Positions 51,521 through 64,000 of a DNA stretch of 64,000 nucleotides are shown here, piece after piece. The stretch's first letter is position 1; the number at the start of each line of letters is the position of its first letter. A model generated the notes under the pieces. The model made no database searches. It worked only from the letters and a program-made list of their open reading frames with translations, and was not told the origin of the DNA. The DNA is from Azolla caroliniana. Its lineage: Eukaryota > Plantae > Polypodiophyta. Made by a program: the position numbers and the translations under genes. The stretch spans positions 1,922,001 through 1,986,000 of the forward strand of contig JBHGNT010000018.1 in the NCBI GenBank assembly GCA_043228905.1, in the 5' to 3' direction.

Positions 51521-54500
51521 GGCGCGATCATTTATTATTACTCGTCCCTCTCGGTAAAAGACGTGATGTCGTTCTTTATGACCTTCAAATCCATATAAGT
51601 TATTGAGAATTAGGAACTTTTTCATGTGTAGATGAAGCATATTGAGGTGCACTATCACTACGTCCAAGAGCAAATTATAGTCTGAGACATTGATCTCCAA
51701 CATATTCAAACCCATTGGGAAATGGTGGATATATTTACCAAACCACTTGGTTTGAACAAGCTTGGTCAATTTTCATCAATCCTTGGTCTATGACCACTTA
51801 ATCCATGAGGCTTAAACGGGGGTACAAAACAACAAGTAAAGGTCATCAAAGCTCACTTTCACTGTTAAAGAGTAGTTCCATGATACTTGCCAAGTCTTAC
51901 TAGGATGTCCATCAAGTAGTCAATAATAGAGTGAATAGTTGTGTGAATACCTATAATCGTGGATCTAATGTGTGTATGGCTAGTGCATTAATGGTATCTT
52001 TGTGTCAAGTGCAACTAAGGAATGCTAATAAAGTTTTGATCTTGTCTTTTATGGTTAATACCTTGGGTATTGGGGTCAATGTTACAATTTGAGTTTAAAA
52101 AAACAATTCGCACTTCTTGGCCTCGACAAAATACAACAAGAGATAACTATGTTAAATAGAAATGTGGTTTGACAATTGTCGTAATTGAGACCTATGTGCA
52201 CCTTGTCTCTATAAATGTTGCCTTTATATCAACCTATTTTACTCCACCTTAGAAGGTTTACCTTACTATCAGATCCTCATTGTTACAACAAGGACAACAA
52301 TGATTTTTGTGTATTCTGACGTTATTTTAATATATACAACTCTTTTACACGAGAGGTAGATAGATATATTTTATTATCAAGAGAGAGAGCGATGTGTTAA
52401 AAAAATGGGATATTGTTGCATGATGACATTGAGAGAGGGCCGCAAATGTTTTACAATACATAATTGGAACCTCAAATAAATTACAAGAAAAATGAGGAGA
52501 AATAACAAATCCATAAATGATCCACATTAAGTCCCTAGGGTAAAAAAGGGAAACTTGATATGGATCTAGAAAAGCAAGAAACATGGCCCCAAAAAAGTAA
52601 CTAAAGAGAAAAGGAGAGACTTTAAGAACAATGTCTTTTTCTCTTATAAAAAGTCACTTTTGGATGTGGAAGGAAAATGAGAAGCTTTTGAGAGTGTAGA
52701 TAAATAGATATGTATTTAAAAGAGAGAAAAGTATTCTTCTTGTGATGAATACTAATGGTGAATCCATCAAAGCTTGTTCGAGTTGAGAAGTTGCCGCATC
52801 TACATCTACAAACTAATGGTGAAGGGGGAAAACTCATGAGATGAAATCTTGATCGAACATGTATTTTAGGATATAAGGTTATGTAGTTGTCCTTTTTTGT
52901 ATTTCATTTATTAGTCCAAATATCATTTCGAATAAACTTTCACCCATAAGTAGTTAGGAACATATGCATGTTGCAACTATGAATATTATGGGGAGGAGTT
53001 ATGTGATTGTTTTTACTATGTGCAAGGGGTCAAGGGAATGGCTTAGGTTATGTGTATATGGTGATTATGCACCCATAGGATTTTTAACTGCTCTAACGAG
53101 TGATCAATATGACCATAACTATCCAAACAATGCATGGACAAAGCCATACTATGCAATCTTCTATACTTTTGAATTTTCCACGAGGAACCTTAACGATGAC
53201 CAAAAGCGTACAACTATTGTCCTTGAAATAAAATTTCAACCAAATTAGTTTACCTTGGATATATTCAAGTAGGTTGGAATCGGTATATGTATATGCCTTA
53301 TTGTTGTTTAATTGGTAGCATGTTCGATCATTGTACGATCTACTATGGTATGCACAACTCATGCATCTTATTACCTTTCTAATGACAAATCCTTCCCTTA
53401 ATGATGCGGAAATTAGGTTGAACAATATAGACCTTGCATATTCTCATTGACCAGGGGTAATGTGTTTATATGCCTTGATGTTATGTGACAAACTCAATCA
53501 CTTTTCAACACATGCAAGAGATATGATATATTTCAAAATGTAGAAAATGAATGTTGTTGTAGAATTTGGAACTATTAAAGAAAGGTGGGGATTATGTGAT
53601 CCATGTGAGTGTGAAATTTATTGGATCATTATGGTTCATCAATCATGATTTGACCTTGCGTGTATACAGATAAGATTTACAAATACTTAGTCTATTGGAA
53701 TCTCTTGACCCCATTGAGATCACACGTGAAGCTATATATGGGATGGTGATTGTGTTCAATATGTGTATAATTAATTATTTTATTCTCACAGATTATACAT
53801 TTGGTGTTGCAAATATATCTAGAGGAAATTCACATAAAGGTGCATGATGGATTATTTTTAAACTACTAGCAAGCCATTTCAAATAATGTTTACTCAAATA
53901 AATAAAGAAGCAATGAAATCAAGGTATTTGAATTACAAATTGGTTAATTATAACACTTGTTTTTTTTCCCAAAAAAACTACTTCCATTAGTTAAGGCAAT
54001 GTACATAGGATAATATACAACTCATATATTACAGGTCAACTTGCATGTCGAAAAGAAAACAACATGTGTTAATACTTCATGTTTGTTAAACCACAGAGAT
54101 AGTAACGGTAATAGAGAAATGCACACATTCATAACCGTATAGAGAAGCACAAGCACAAACACGCGCGATAATAGACACACAGTCACACATACACACACGG
54201 GCAATCACATAGACAAGTGTGAATTTACATTAATGTATACAAGTGTGAATTTACATAGACACATGCACGAACATAATTTACATTAATGTATACAAGTCTG
54301 AATTTAGCTTATGATACACTAAAGTTATGCTCTAAAAACATTTTTTTAATGCAATGTATAAAAAAGTGGTCTGAGTATCTCAATCCTCACCCTCCATTCA
54401 TTATGAAATAGTCCACAACTACAATTACAAATTTGGTCGTAACGCATGTCTATTAAAATAGCTCAATTATCAACACATGCTCATCAAAAGGATTCACTTT

Positions 54501-54591
54501 CTAATTATCAACATATTCTAATTGTTTGCTTATCTCATAATAACAAATACCTATCGTTGTTTTATCATGTGATTAACATTGAGCGTATGTA

Positions 54592-55920
54592 GGACCTATA
54601 GATGCCGAGAATTGTTTAATTGGCATTAAGTGACTAAAAGCATAATCAAATGAGGCATGCTACTACAAACTAGAGCACGAAATGGTAAGAGATGAGCAAC
54701 CAACCTATCACTGAGAAAGACTGATTAGGCTGGTAGCAAAAAATGGAAAGGAAATGATTATTGACCCTAAGCCAAGGGAGATCACACCGGCGACAATGTG
54801 TTGGCCTATAGAAGGGCATTTAGATCAGTTATCATGGGACCCAACGATGTATTTTTGGAGACCTCAAGGAGGAACTGATGATGGGGCAAAGTTGGTTTAG
54901 TTTTTCATGTACAACACGAAAATTGGGAGGAAAATTATTCTAGAACAAGAACACGACAAGATTGCGGCAAAGAAATTTTGGATACAGGAGGGCATTAGTG
55001 AAATGAGACTAGATCAATTCTGGAAAATGATATGGCATGACAGTTATGACCGCAAGATAATGATGTGTTTATGGATTATTGCACATAAAGCCTTGCCCGG
55101 TAGGGACGTGGGGTAAAGGCCTCAATGTAGATCCTAGATGTATTGCATGTGGACAAATAGAAAAGCATATCCCATTGTCTATGGGAATGTCATGAGGCAA
55201 TGGTTATATGGGGAAGGGCACTACGTTTGCTTTGCCATGCCTCTAGTTCGTTCACCCTCAACTGGGGACATGCTTGTTGGAACTGTCTTACGGATGATGT
55301 AGCGAAATATGATAGCACATGCAATGCTAAGTACATAAGGGAGAATGGCATTGTTCGGTTGATCACTGACAACAAGGTAACTACAGTTAGTGCATAGAAT
55401 AAAAAACGTGGAGATCATTGGAAGTTGCTTGCCCTCATTACCATATGGTGTATATGGACAACAAGGTGTACCAAGGTATTTTCAGCACGCAAATGCCCTC
55501 TAGTTGAATCGATTAAGCTAATCTAACACATATTAATAACTACACTAAGAGCTTAATACGAGCGGATTGATGGTACTGATGATGATGCAAAATTTATGAG
55601 GCAAAATTTTAGAAAGAGGTGGTGTACTACACCGACGACGACAACAAATGGAATGGATATACAATGGAAGTATGTAGTACCCAGATGGTTGTTCCCCCCT
55701 CCCATTAATTGAACGAGGGGCGTGAAAGAGATGTCACGTGGGATAGTGAATGTAGGTGATGCGTATGAAAGGATGGCTAGAGAAACATGTGAAACTATAA
55801 GATAAATAAGTGAGATTTCTTATGTAGGATAGGATAGTCTAGGCAAGGCCTACCCGAGAAAGGGATTGAGTTTGTGTATATTTCAACTAATGGAGCATAT
55901 TCTTTTTTGGAAAAAAAAAC
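54592..55920 (+). mobile_element. 5'-truncated L1-type LINE with poly(A) tail and 15-bp TSD
   Basis: TSD CATTGAGCGTATGTA at 54577-54591 and 55921-55935; A9 at 55911-55919. zf-RVT-like FWKMIW...KIMMCLWIIAHKALP followed by CIACGQ.E.. Confidence 0.88.
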
Positions 55921-56495
55921 CATTGAGCGTATGTATAGGCCCTTACATATTATGTTATATCATTGTGATTAACTTGGGGATGATCGTTCACACTGAACCT
56001 TGAACCCACAACTGTGATTATTTATGTATAATGTCGAGCAACAAGTATATGCTTCTCACATTTGTCTTATTAGACCTAAGGCAATTGTAGTTATGAATGT
56101 TGAGTTAGTTCCTTATTTTGATGTTTACTATTGATGAAGTCATGCGGTTGCAATTTCTTATTAGTACCACTGACAAGCGTTAAAGAGACCAGTCGCAACT
56201 TGTGGGTCCTTGCAAGTGAGTAAGAGAGCATATCAAATGAAATTGTATCAAACTAGCACTAATATATGAGCTTTTATTTTGTACAAAAAAACAAGAAGAT
56301 AAGGTTCGAAAACCAACAAACATTTACTTGGCAATTACTTTATTTTACAACCACCTCGAGAAATATAGGAAGAAGAGTGTCAAGACACATGCACACAAAA
56401 AAAAAGAATCAAAATAAATATCTTCTTACAAACAAGCCAATAAAAACATATAGGCCACTTACATATGGGATAGACATTGTATTTCACAACCACCA

Positions 56496-56718
56496 CTCTA
56501 AATATAGGAAGAGGAGCATATGCATATTTCAAAGTCATGCGTCTTCGAAACATATGAATCTTGACAAGTCATTTACATATTATTGTAGTGCAGTTACGAC
56601 ATGCGTCGCTCTAAATATAGGAAGAGGAGCATATGCATATTTCAAAGTCATGCTTCTTCGAAACATATGAAACTTGACAAGTCATTTACATATTATTGTA
56701 GTGCGGTTACAACATGCG
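56496..56718. repeat. Two-copy tandem duplication, 113-bp period
   Basis: ctctaaatataggaagaggagcatatgc starts at 56496 and 56609. Confidence 0.9.
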
Positions 56719-57049
56719 ACATGCGGAAGAATTATTGAAATGATCACATGCATTGCAAAACAAGACTAGTGTTGAAAAACACCTGGAGCTTATAATATAA
56801 TCCGCAACGATATGCATCGAAAATCTTGTTTTTAAGTCTTGCCATTGAAACACACAAGTCTCTACATTTTATATACCTCTATAACGCGAGATGTTCAAGA
56901 GTGAAGGAACATTTAGTTATTGAGGTATCAACAAGTAGATTATTCCCAGAAAATTGAGATGGAGATGTATCATCATTCTAATATGATGATTGTTTTCTCT
57001 AGTAGCGGTTACAACATCTTGGAAGATGCCGCATATACATAAACACGAT

Positions 57050-57890
57050 GATGCCCGCACAATCATCGAGACACATATGCAAATAAATACACACACACAC
57101 GATGCGGTCATAGATGGAGACACGAGCACACATAACATAGTGACATGGACACACGTGCATGTACAATAGAGAAATCATGGATCACGAACACACACAATCA
57201 TAGAGGCACTCACATACATTCACAAAGGGGCACATGCATACAATCTCTCACACATGATCGTCACAAGAGGCAATGCACAAACACAACCATAGAGGCACGG
57301 GACGGACGGCACATGGCACAATCACGGAGGCACGCGCATACATGCACAAAGAACACAAGGCATACATACGGTCACAAAGACATGACTTGTAGTCAATGGG
57401 TCACAAAGGCACACCCATATTCACAATTCTAGAGAAAAACCAAAACACACACACACACAATAATGGACATGGACATGGGCACCCATTATAATAGACACAA
57501 ACAAGGACATGGATACGTATGCACATGATGGTAAAACCCTAATTCGAGCTTGGACTTGGTCACAGACACAGACACGGTCGGATAGATACACACATGATAG
57601 TAGATCCGGATCCGTACACGAACATGAACACATACACACAAGATAGTAGGCCCATACACGAACCTGGACACGGATGTCATCGTGACTGACATGTACACGC
57701 ATTATAAATAGCCACGAACAAGGACATGGACACATACACACATGATGGTAGACCCGGACCCGGACACAGACACAGACACATAGTCAGTCACATACACACA
57801 TTATAGTAGACCTGGACCCGAATCCAGACACGAACACATACACACAAGATAGTAGACCCGGACCCGGACCTGGACACGGATGCGATCGTG
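57050..57890. repeat. Degenerate CA-rich minisatellite (acacatacacacaagatagtagacccggacccggacac-type units)
   Basis: Recurring ga(t/c)ccgga, acacatacacaca and (g/t)atagtag blocks at about 57590-57880, decaying upstream. Confidence 0.7.
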
Positions 57891-58222
57891 AGTTGGAGCA
57901 TGGCATGCGTGTGAACGGGTCCAATTGAGATCCACGTGGCACCGCCACGTCATCAGGCCGGGCTGTTGAACAGCTGGCTACCTGTTGACGCATTCAAAAA
58001 TTTCCGACCCGACACAAAACAATTTATGTATTTGCAAAATAGCAAAAAAGAAAAAAGAAAAAAGAAAAGAAGATAAAATGGTAAAAAAAGAAGGCGCAAA
58101 TTTCTATTTTATTAATTTAAAAATTGGAAATTAATCAACAGAATCATCTGCTTCTCCTACTCTGTTTCTCTCCACATTCACATTCACATTCACATACATA
58201 CATGGACGAGCCCAGGACTTAA

Positions 58223-58252
58223 CCCTAACCCTAACCCTAACCCTAACCCTAA
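58223..58252 (+). repeat. (CCCTAA)5 hexamer telomere-like tract about 300 bp upstream of the GDPDL ATG
   Basis: Directly read. Confidence 0.85.
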
Positions 58253-58548
58253 TTCCACCGAAAGAGAAACCTTCTCCTCAATCTGAGCTACCTCAGAGCT
58301 CAAAACCCCACACCCAATCTTCGGTATTACTTTCTGTATCACAGAAGAAACCCTTCAACCCTCAACTCTAAATCCTGTTAAGTCTTCTCCTCTTTCCGAG
58401 TTAGCTCAGAGCTAAAGGCCCAAACCCTATTATCGGTATTACCTTCTCTATCACCGAAGAAACCCCTCAACCTTAAATCCAGCTTCAGTTCAGCCCTAGG
58501 AAAGCGGAATCCCTGACCAAACCCTGAATTCCGTAGCTCATTGAAGCA

Positions 58549-61500
58549 ATGGAGCCTCACCTGTTCCATCTCTTCTTTTTCTTCGCTCTATTCTTGCAGA
58601 GGAGCGTTGCACATTCCATTACGTATCCTCCACTCTATGATCTTCTCATGTCTGAGGGTATAGAGAAATTCCAGAGCTCTTATCATCAGCATGGAAGCAA
58701 TCTTCTTTCTCAAGATTCGGCGGCAGCCCGACGCAACCTCGCCGGAGAGAATTCTACTTGGCAAACTCTCTCAGGTAAAGAAAGAAGAATAGAAGCTCCG
58801 AGCTTTCCATAGTTCTCTGTCTCCCGCTCATCCTTCACAATTCCATGTTTTTTCTTCACTGTCTTGCATACACAGAAGAATGGGAAGTTTTTCCTGTAAG
58901 AACTGCCACTCTGTGTTTAATTTTTTAATTTTTAATGATTATGCTAGGTATACATGTACACCCTAGAGAAATAATTCCATCTCTGTTCTTACTCAGAAGG
59001 TATTCTATCATTAGTCTTCATTGTAAACAATTGACGTCAATGTCAAGAATACTCTTGCACTACTAAAAGAATATGCAGAAACACACCTATACTACAACCA
59101 GCAATGATGCAAAACTTACTCTTATCATGTTCATATAGACTCAGCAAATATGTTAATGTGAAGATTCTAGGTTATTACTCTAGCTATGGTGTCTATTAGA
59201 GGCACATACAAAATAGAGCAAATGTGACTAACAAGATTATTTTGTGGATTCTTTCAAGGTTCACCTCCCCTTGTTGTGTCGCGTGGAGACAATGGGATTC
59301 TCCCAGATCAAACATACCCTGCTTATGCATTTGCAAAGAGTTATGGCCTATCCAGTTCAAGTGCTTTTTTATGCGATGTACAGATAACCAAGGATAATGT
59401 CCTGATATGCCGCACGGGATTAGATCTAGGTCGCAGCACCACTATCAACAAGACATTCCCAAACTTATATACCGAGCTTGATGTCAATGGACAAACTGTG
59501 TCTGGATTCTTCTCCATTAACATCACTGCTGATCTAGTTGCAAATAACATATCAGGTACAATCTCCTCTCTGTTTGCATTCATTTACGACCTTGGCTGAA
59601 TCGAATATGTAAAGGATAACGAGTTTCATAATGTAACACAATTGTTCCGATCACAGAAGATGTTAACCCAAGGGTTTGAATCATGTAATTAAATAGCCCA
59701 ATCTTTAATGCTGATTAAACAAGATGTTAACACAATGCTTACTTGTTGACATGCCAGCCGTACAAGCAAATACTGCACGACCATCACCACTTCAATTCCT
59801 GATCACTAGCCCTTATTTAGCATACAACTATACAAGTGGGCCATTGTGGATAAATGTCGAGGTTATACTCTGGTTCTTCAATAAATGATACATTGCATCA
59901 CGGATAATTATATTTATATACATGTATATGACATATTTATATATGTGTATATATATGTACATCACATGTATATGACATATTTATATATGTGTGTGTATGT
60001 GTTGTATGAGGATCTCATACCTGTTTGCCCTTTGTCCAGTATCCAACCTTTTATTCGCAGAACAACTTTGATGTGGGAAGCGCCATAGCTGAACAGCTAT
60101 TGGGTACCCCTATTGCTTACCTCTCCTCGCCAGAGGTTGGGTTTTTGAAGGATGTGCAAAATATTTTAACAAATTCTACCATGTTTATACTCAAGTTCCG
60201 GACCAAGGATGAGATAGAGCCGAGTACAAATCAGACTTACAGGTCTCTATTAAACAATCTTACAACCATTTCAGCCTTTGCCTCAGGGATCTTAGTTCCC
60301 AAAGACTATATCTGGTCAGTGAACAATGATTCTGGCTATTTGGTATCGGACAGTGGACTGATTTCTAAAGCTCACAATGCAAATCTGGCTATATTTGCCT
60401 ATGATTTTGTCAATGAACTGTTTCAACCATCCATCTATAACTATAGCTTCAATCCTGTTCTCGAGTACCTCCAATATGCACCCTCAACAGGCCCCAATGT
60501 GGATGGGTTTTTCACAGATTTTCCAATTACTGCATCAAAGGCCCTAGGTAAATAAAATGGTGCAGTTCCACTTAAAATTTCCTGATTCAGGATTCTAGAA
60601 GCAGAAAAGGCACTAAAATCACTTGAATTGTTTTGATGCAGCATGTTATAGGAGTATCCCATCTGTGAATCAAACAGGTAAAAAGGAAAAAATGGTTATT
60701 AGAGTGAAATTATTTGTGTTTGATGAAAGGCAAAACATCAAAACAACCTGAATTTGTTGGATATTTATTATGGAGAAGAATTACCACACCATCCTAGAAG
60801 AGGGGGTATCCTGCTAATAGCTGAAAAATTCTAGGGCGTATGCTTGTAAATATGCCAAAAGCTGGGGTATCTTGGTGTTTTGACCCTTTATTCAATGCTA
60901 TGCTTTTCTTGCTATAATGTAACGTTACTAATTTGTTTAACACAGGAAAGCAGCCCCTGATCATTTCCCACAGTGGGGCTAGTGGTGATTATCCTGGTTG
61001 TACAAGGCTTGCATATGATGGTGCAGTGAATGGGGGGGCTAACTTTATTGATTGCCCTATACAGATGACTCAGGATGGAGTGCCCATATGTAGGGGATCC
61101 CCTAATCTGCTGAGTAATACTGATATTGCAGCAAATAGTGATCTTTCTAGTCGTGTTTCTTCTATTCCACAGTTGAAGCCCCCAAACGGTGTTTACACTT
61201 TCAACTTAACATTCACGGAAATTCAAAGCTTGAAAGGTATTATGCATGTAGATTGTTTATATGCTGAATGCATGTAGATTATTTATATCCTGAATCACAA
61301 TTTGAAAGCACTGCCTTTATTCACATTACGATGATAACAAATTACAATCCTCTTGTTCATGACAGCAACGATGGATAATTCTGATTTCGAAGGATTTCCT
61401 GTGCAACAGAATACCGGGTATGATGGGCAAGAAGGCATCTTAACGTTTGCACAGTTTCTAGATTATGCCAAAAATAAAAGTGTCAACATCCTTGTTGACA

Positions 61501-62943
61501 TACAGGTATCCGTTTATTTATAATGTTCTCTTCTTTCATTGAGAGATGAAAATCCTGTATCAATTGAAGATTTGAAGCATTACATGGCCTCATGCATTTG
61601 TTCTCACTGAAATGGATATTGATTGTTTGAAACAGAATGGTTATTTTCTGGAAACACAAGTTCGTATCGATGTCATTGGAAAAGTACTTTCAGTTCTCTC
61701 TGATGCAGGGCTAAATCCGGACAGAATTGTGATCCAATCTGAAGATAGTGCTGTTCTTAAGCGTATTCGTCAGACCAATAACTACACATTGGCGTATAGG
61801 GTTGTCGAAACTAATGTCACAATCACTACAGATGTAGTAACAGAAATCAAGGCTCTTGCTACGTATGCGACATTGCCAAGAGCATTAATTCAACCAACAA
61901 TTGAGGCTTTTCTTGTGAATAGTAGTGATGTGGTGGAGCAATTCCATGCACAGAACGTGAGTGTTTTTGTTTCCTACCTCAGAAATATATTTATCACTTT
62001 ACCGAATGACTATGAGTCTGATCCTACTGCGGAGATTGATACAATGGTTCAATTTTTCAAAGTAGATGGTCTAATAACCACATCTCCGGCTACAGCAAAA
62101 GCTTATTTGAGTAAGTCAACCTCCCTCCATCTCTCTCTTTTGAATTGAAAGATGAAATGTATATGTACATACTCACCTATATATATAACAGGTATATCTC
62201 AACATACTCACCTATACATATGTGTGTACGTATTTTGTTGGATGTAAACATACATAGTACATACACAACCAAAAGCCAAGAACAACAACAGCCGTCTGAA
62301 TGTGCATATGTATTCTCTGAATGTACAAAAGCCAAGAACTTTGGATTTCTGAAGGCATTGATGCAGTCATGTGCACATATATGTATTTATGCATATGTAT
62401 TCTCTGTATATACACATATATGATGTATGTATTTGTAATGCTGCGAATGTACTTGTTTGTACGCGAATGTATATATACTTGTACATATATAAATGTGCGC
62501 GCGCGTGTGTTGCATGTATATATCATGTATTGTACAATGTATACATATGTATGGGTGTGGGGTGGGGTTGTTCGTGTTTGTTGTAACATTTGAGTCATAT
62601 ACCATAGATTTACTGAGATGTAATTGTTTCAGGCAATGGTTGTTTGAACGAGGAGACAGAGATAGGAGGGTTAGGTTATGCATCTCCTACTATCACCCCT
62701 GGTGGGTACTCGCGTGGTTATACTCCAAGACTTGGACCCATCCTTGATGTGGACAAAAATCAAACGACATTACCACTTTCAGTCAGCCCGAGCCCAAGCC
62801 CGATCCCGAGTGTGAGCCCTGGTTCAACCACGAGTCCGAGCCCTAATACTACTACAAATGGTGCCACTTGCAGATCTTCCCATATCCCTAACTTCTCGCA
62901 ACTCATCATCGCTATCATTGCTTTTCAATACCTTATGCATTGA
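58549..62943 (+). CDS. GDPDL (SHV3/SVL-like) glycerophosphodiester phosphodiesterase-like protein, secreted and probably GPI-anchored, about 783 aa
   Basis: Exons 58549-58774, 59259-59555, 59758-59861, 60040-60547, 60946-61236, 61366-61505, 61636-62110, 62633-62943 (2352 nt, in frame; a micro-exon in 60548-60945 is not excluded). Signal peptide, WQTLSGSPPLVVSRG, CDVQITKD, YLSSPEVGFL, ASGILVPKDYIW, VDGFFTDFPITAS, PLIISHSGASGDYPGCT, IQSEDSAVL, Ser/Pro-rich linker and hydrophobic tail. Confidence 0.93.
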
Positions 62944-63419
62944 TTCTGATGAAGACGATAACATTCATCATTCCATAATATTGACACAACCCTGTTATTT
63001 GTAGCATTATGCAAATTCGACGTATTTGTTTTTCTGGTCGATGTGTATTCTTGTTGTACGTATAGAACCTTATAAAGGACACCCTTTATTTTTATTGAGA
63101 TGGTTTTTTGATACCAAGTGTGTTTTTTGTTGATATCAGAGGTACTAGTGGTGATTCAAATTGAAGATCGTTAATGATCGTAAAAGTGTTCGATAAGGAT
63201 GAGATCAAATGTTTTGAATACAGATGCCAAAGTTAACATTGCTAGCCTTTGATGCGCACCATAATGGCTCCTCTAATGTGTGTGGAGGCTCAAAGATCAG
63301 GAGCACTTGGCAGTGTAGGAAAAATGGTTTCCCAACTGCCCTATCCTCGTAACCAGTTAAAAATTTGCTTTAGAATTGGTACGTAAGGTTAGATCTGTAA
63401 TAGTTGACACAACATACTA

Positions 63420-64000
63420 TCATACATACACCATACATACATACATATATGATGTGACACAATCCAAACCTGCAAGACACACATGCACTAAACCCTAAAC
63501 CCTAAAGCCAGTCCTTAGGTCTTCTCGCTGTAGTTCCCTGCTATCACTACACAGCAAGCTACTACAACCCATAACCTTGAATTCAGTTGCTCATCTAAGC
63601 ATCCATGGAGCCTCTCCCCTGTTCCAGCTCTTCTTCTTCTTCTTCTTCTTCCCCATCACTCTGTTTCCGCAGAGAAGCTTTGCGTAGTCCATTCCATATC
63701 ATTCACCCTATGATCTCCTGATGTGCGAGGATGTAGATAAGCTCCCATCATCACTACAGCAGCAATCTTCTTTGTCCACAATCGACAGCTTGGTGCAATC
63801 TCGAAGAAGAAGCAGCAGCTCTGACATAGTTCTCTATCTCATGATCAACCTTTACAATTCCAATTTAATTCTGTCTGTACCCTTACAGAAGGCATTCATT
63901 CATTCCATTTTGAGTCTTCATTTTTAAACTACTGACATCAAGAACAAAGAATACTCTGATCACTACCAATAAGTATCTGCATAAAAAGAGCAATTATACA
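63420..64000 (+). pseudogene. Decayed tandem paralog of the GDPDL 5' region (promoter, exon 1, intron 1), truncated by window end
   Basis: atggagcctctcccctgttccagctcttc (63605) vs atggagcctcacctgttccatctcttc (58549). Frameshift after codon 3-4, gcg-tag where the intact copy has gca-cat, and loss of the WQTLSG/donor segment. Upstream and intron homology is retained (63880-63980 vs 58985-59080). Confidence 0.8.

Noticed and set aside
62145-62632. Cluster of overlapping Tyr/Ile/Cys/Val-rich ORFs
   Set aside because: Low-complexity (TA/TG)-rich sequence of the last GDPDL intron.

Overview
Eukaryotic, intron-rich plant genomic DNA, probably a fern or other non-seed land plant (inferred from the retroelement types; not provable from this window). 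Four spliced genes can be assembled by hand with GT-AG junctions and continuous reading frames: a subfamily-X-type bHLH transcription factor (+, 12868-20815), a PP7-type Ser/Thr phosphatase (-, 27828-34540), a divergently oriented NUDT20/24-type Nudix hydrolase (+, 37395-41872) and a GDPDL/SHV3-type glycerophosphodiester phosphodiesterase-like gene (+, 58549-62943). A decayed tandem paralog of the GDPDL gene starts at the window end. The first 10.6 kb is a nest of decayed Ty3/gypsy and Ty1/copia pieces, with a solo LTR and a near-identical 2.36 kb tandem duplication. Two different LINEs, MITE-like elements and many short tandem duplications occur elsewhere. The most unusual observations are (i) a six-unit 84-bp array just upstream of PP7 whose units carry UPRE-like and ERSE-like motifs, facing a palindrome array upstream of the Nudix gene, and (ii) a coding repeat in the bHLH gene that is also a 14-copy W-box array. 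No RNA genes or CRISPR arrays were found. All coordinates were read by eye; no database searches were run.
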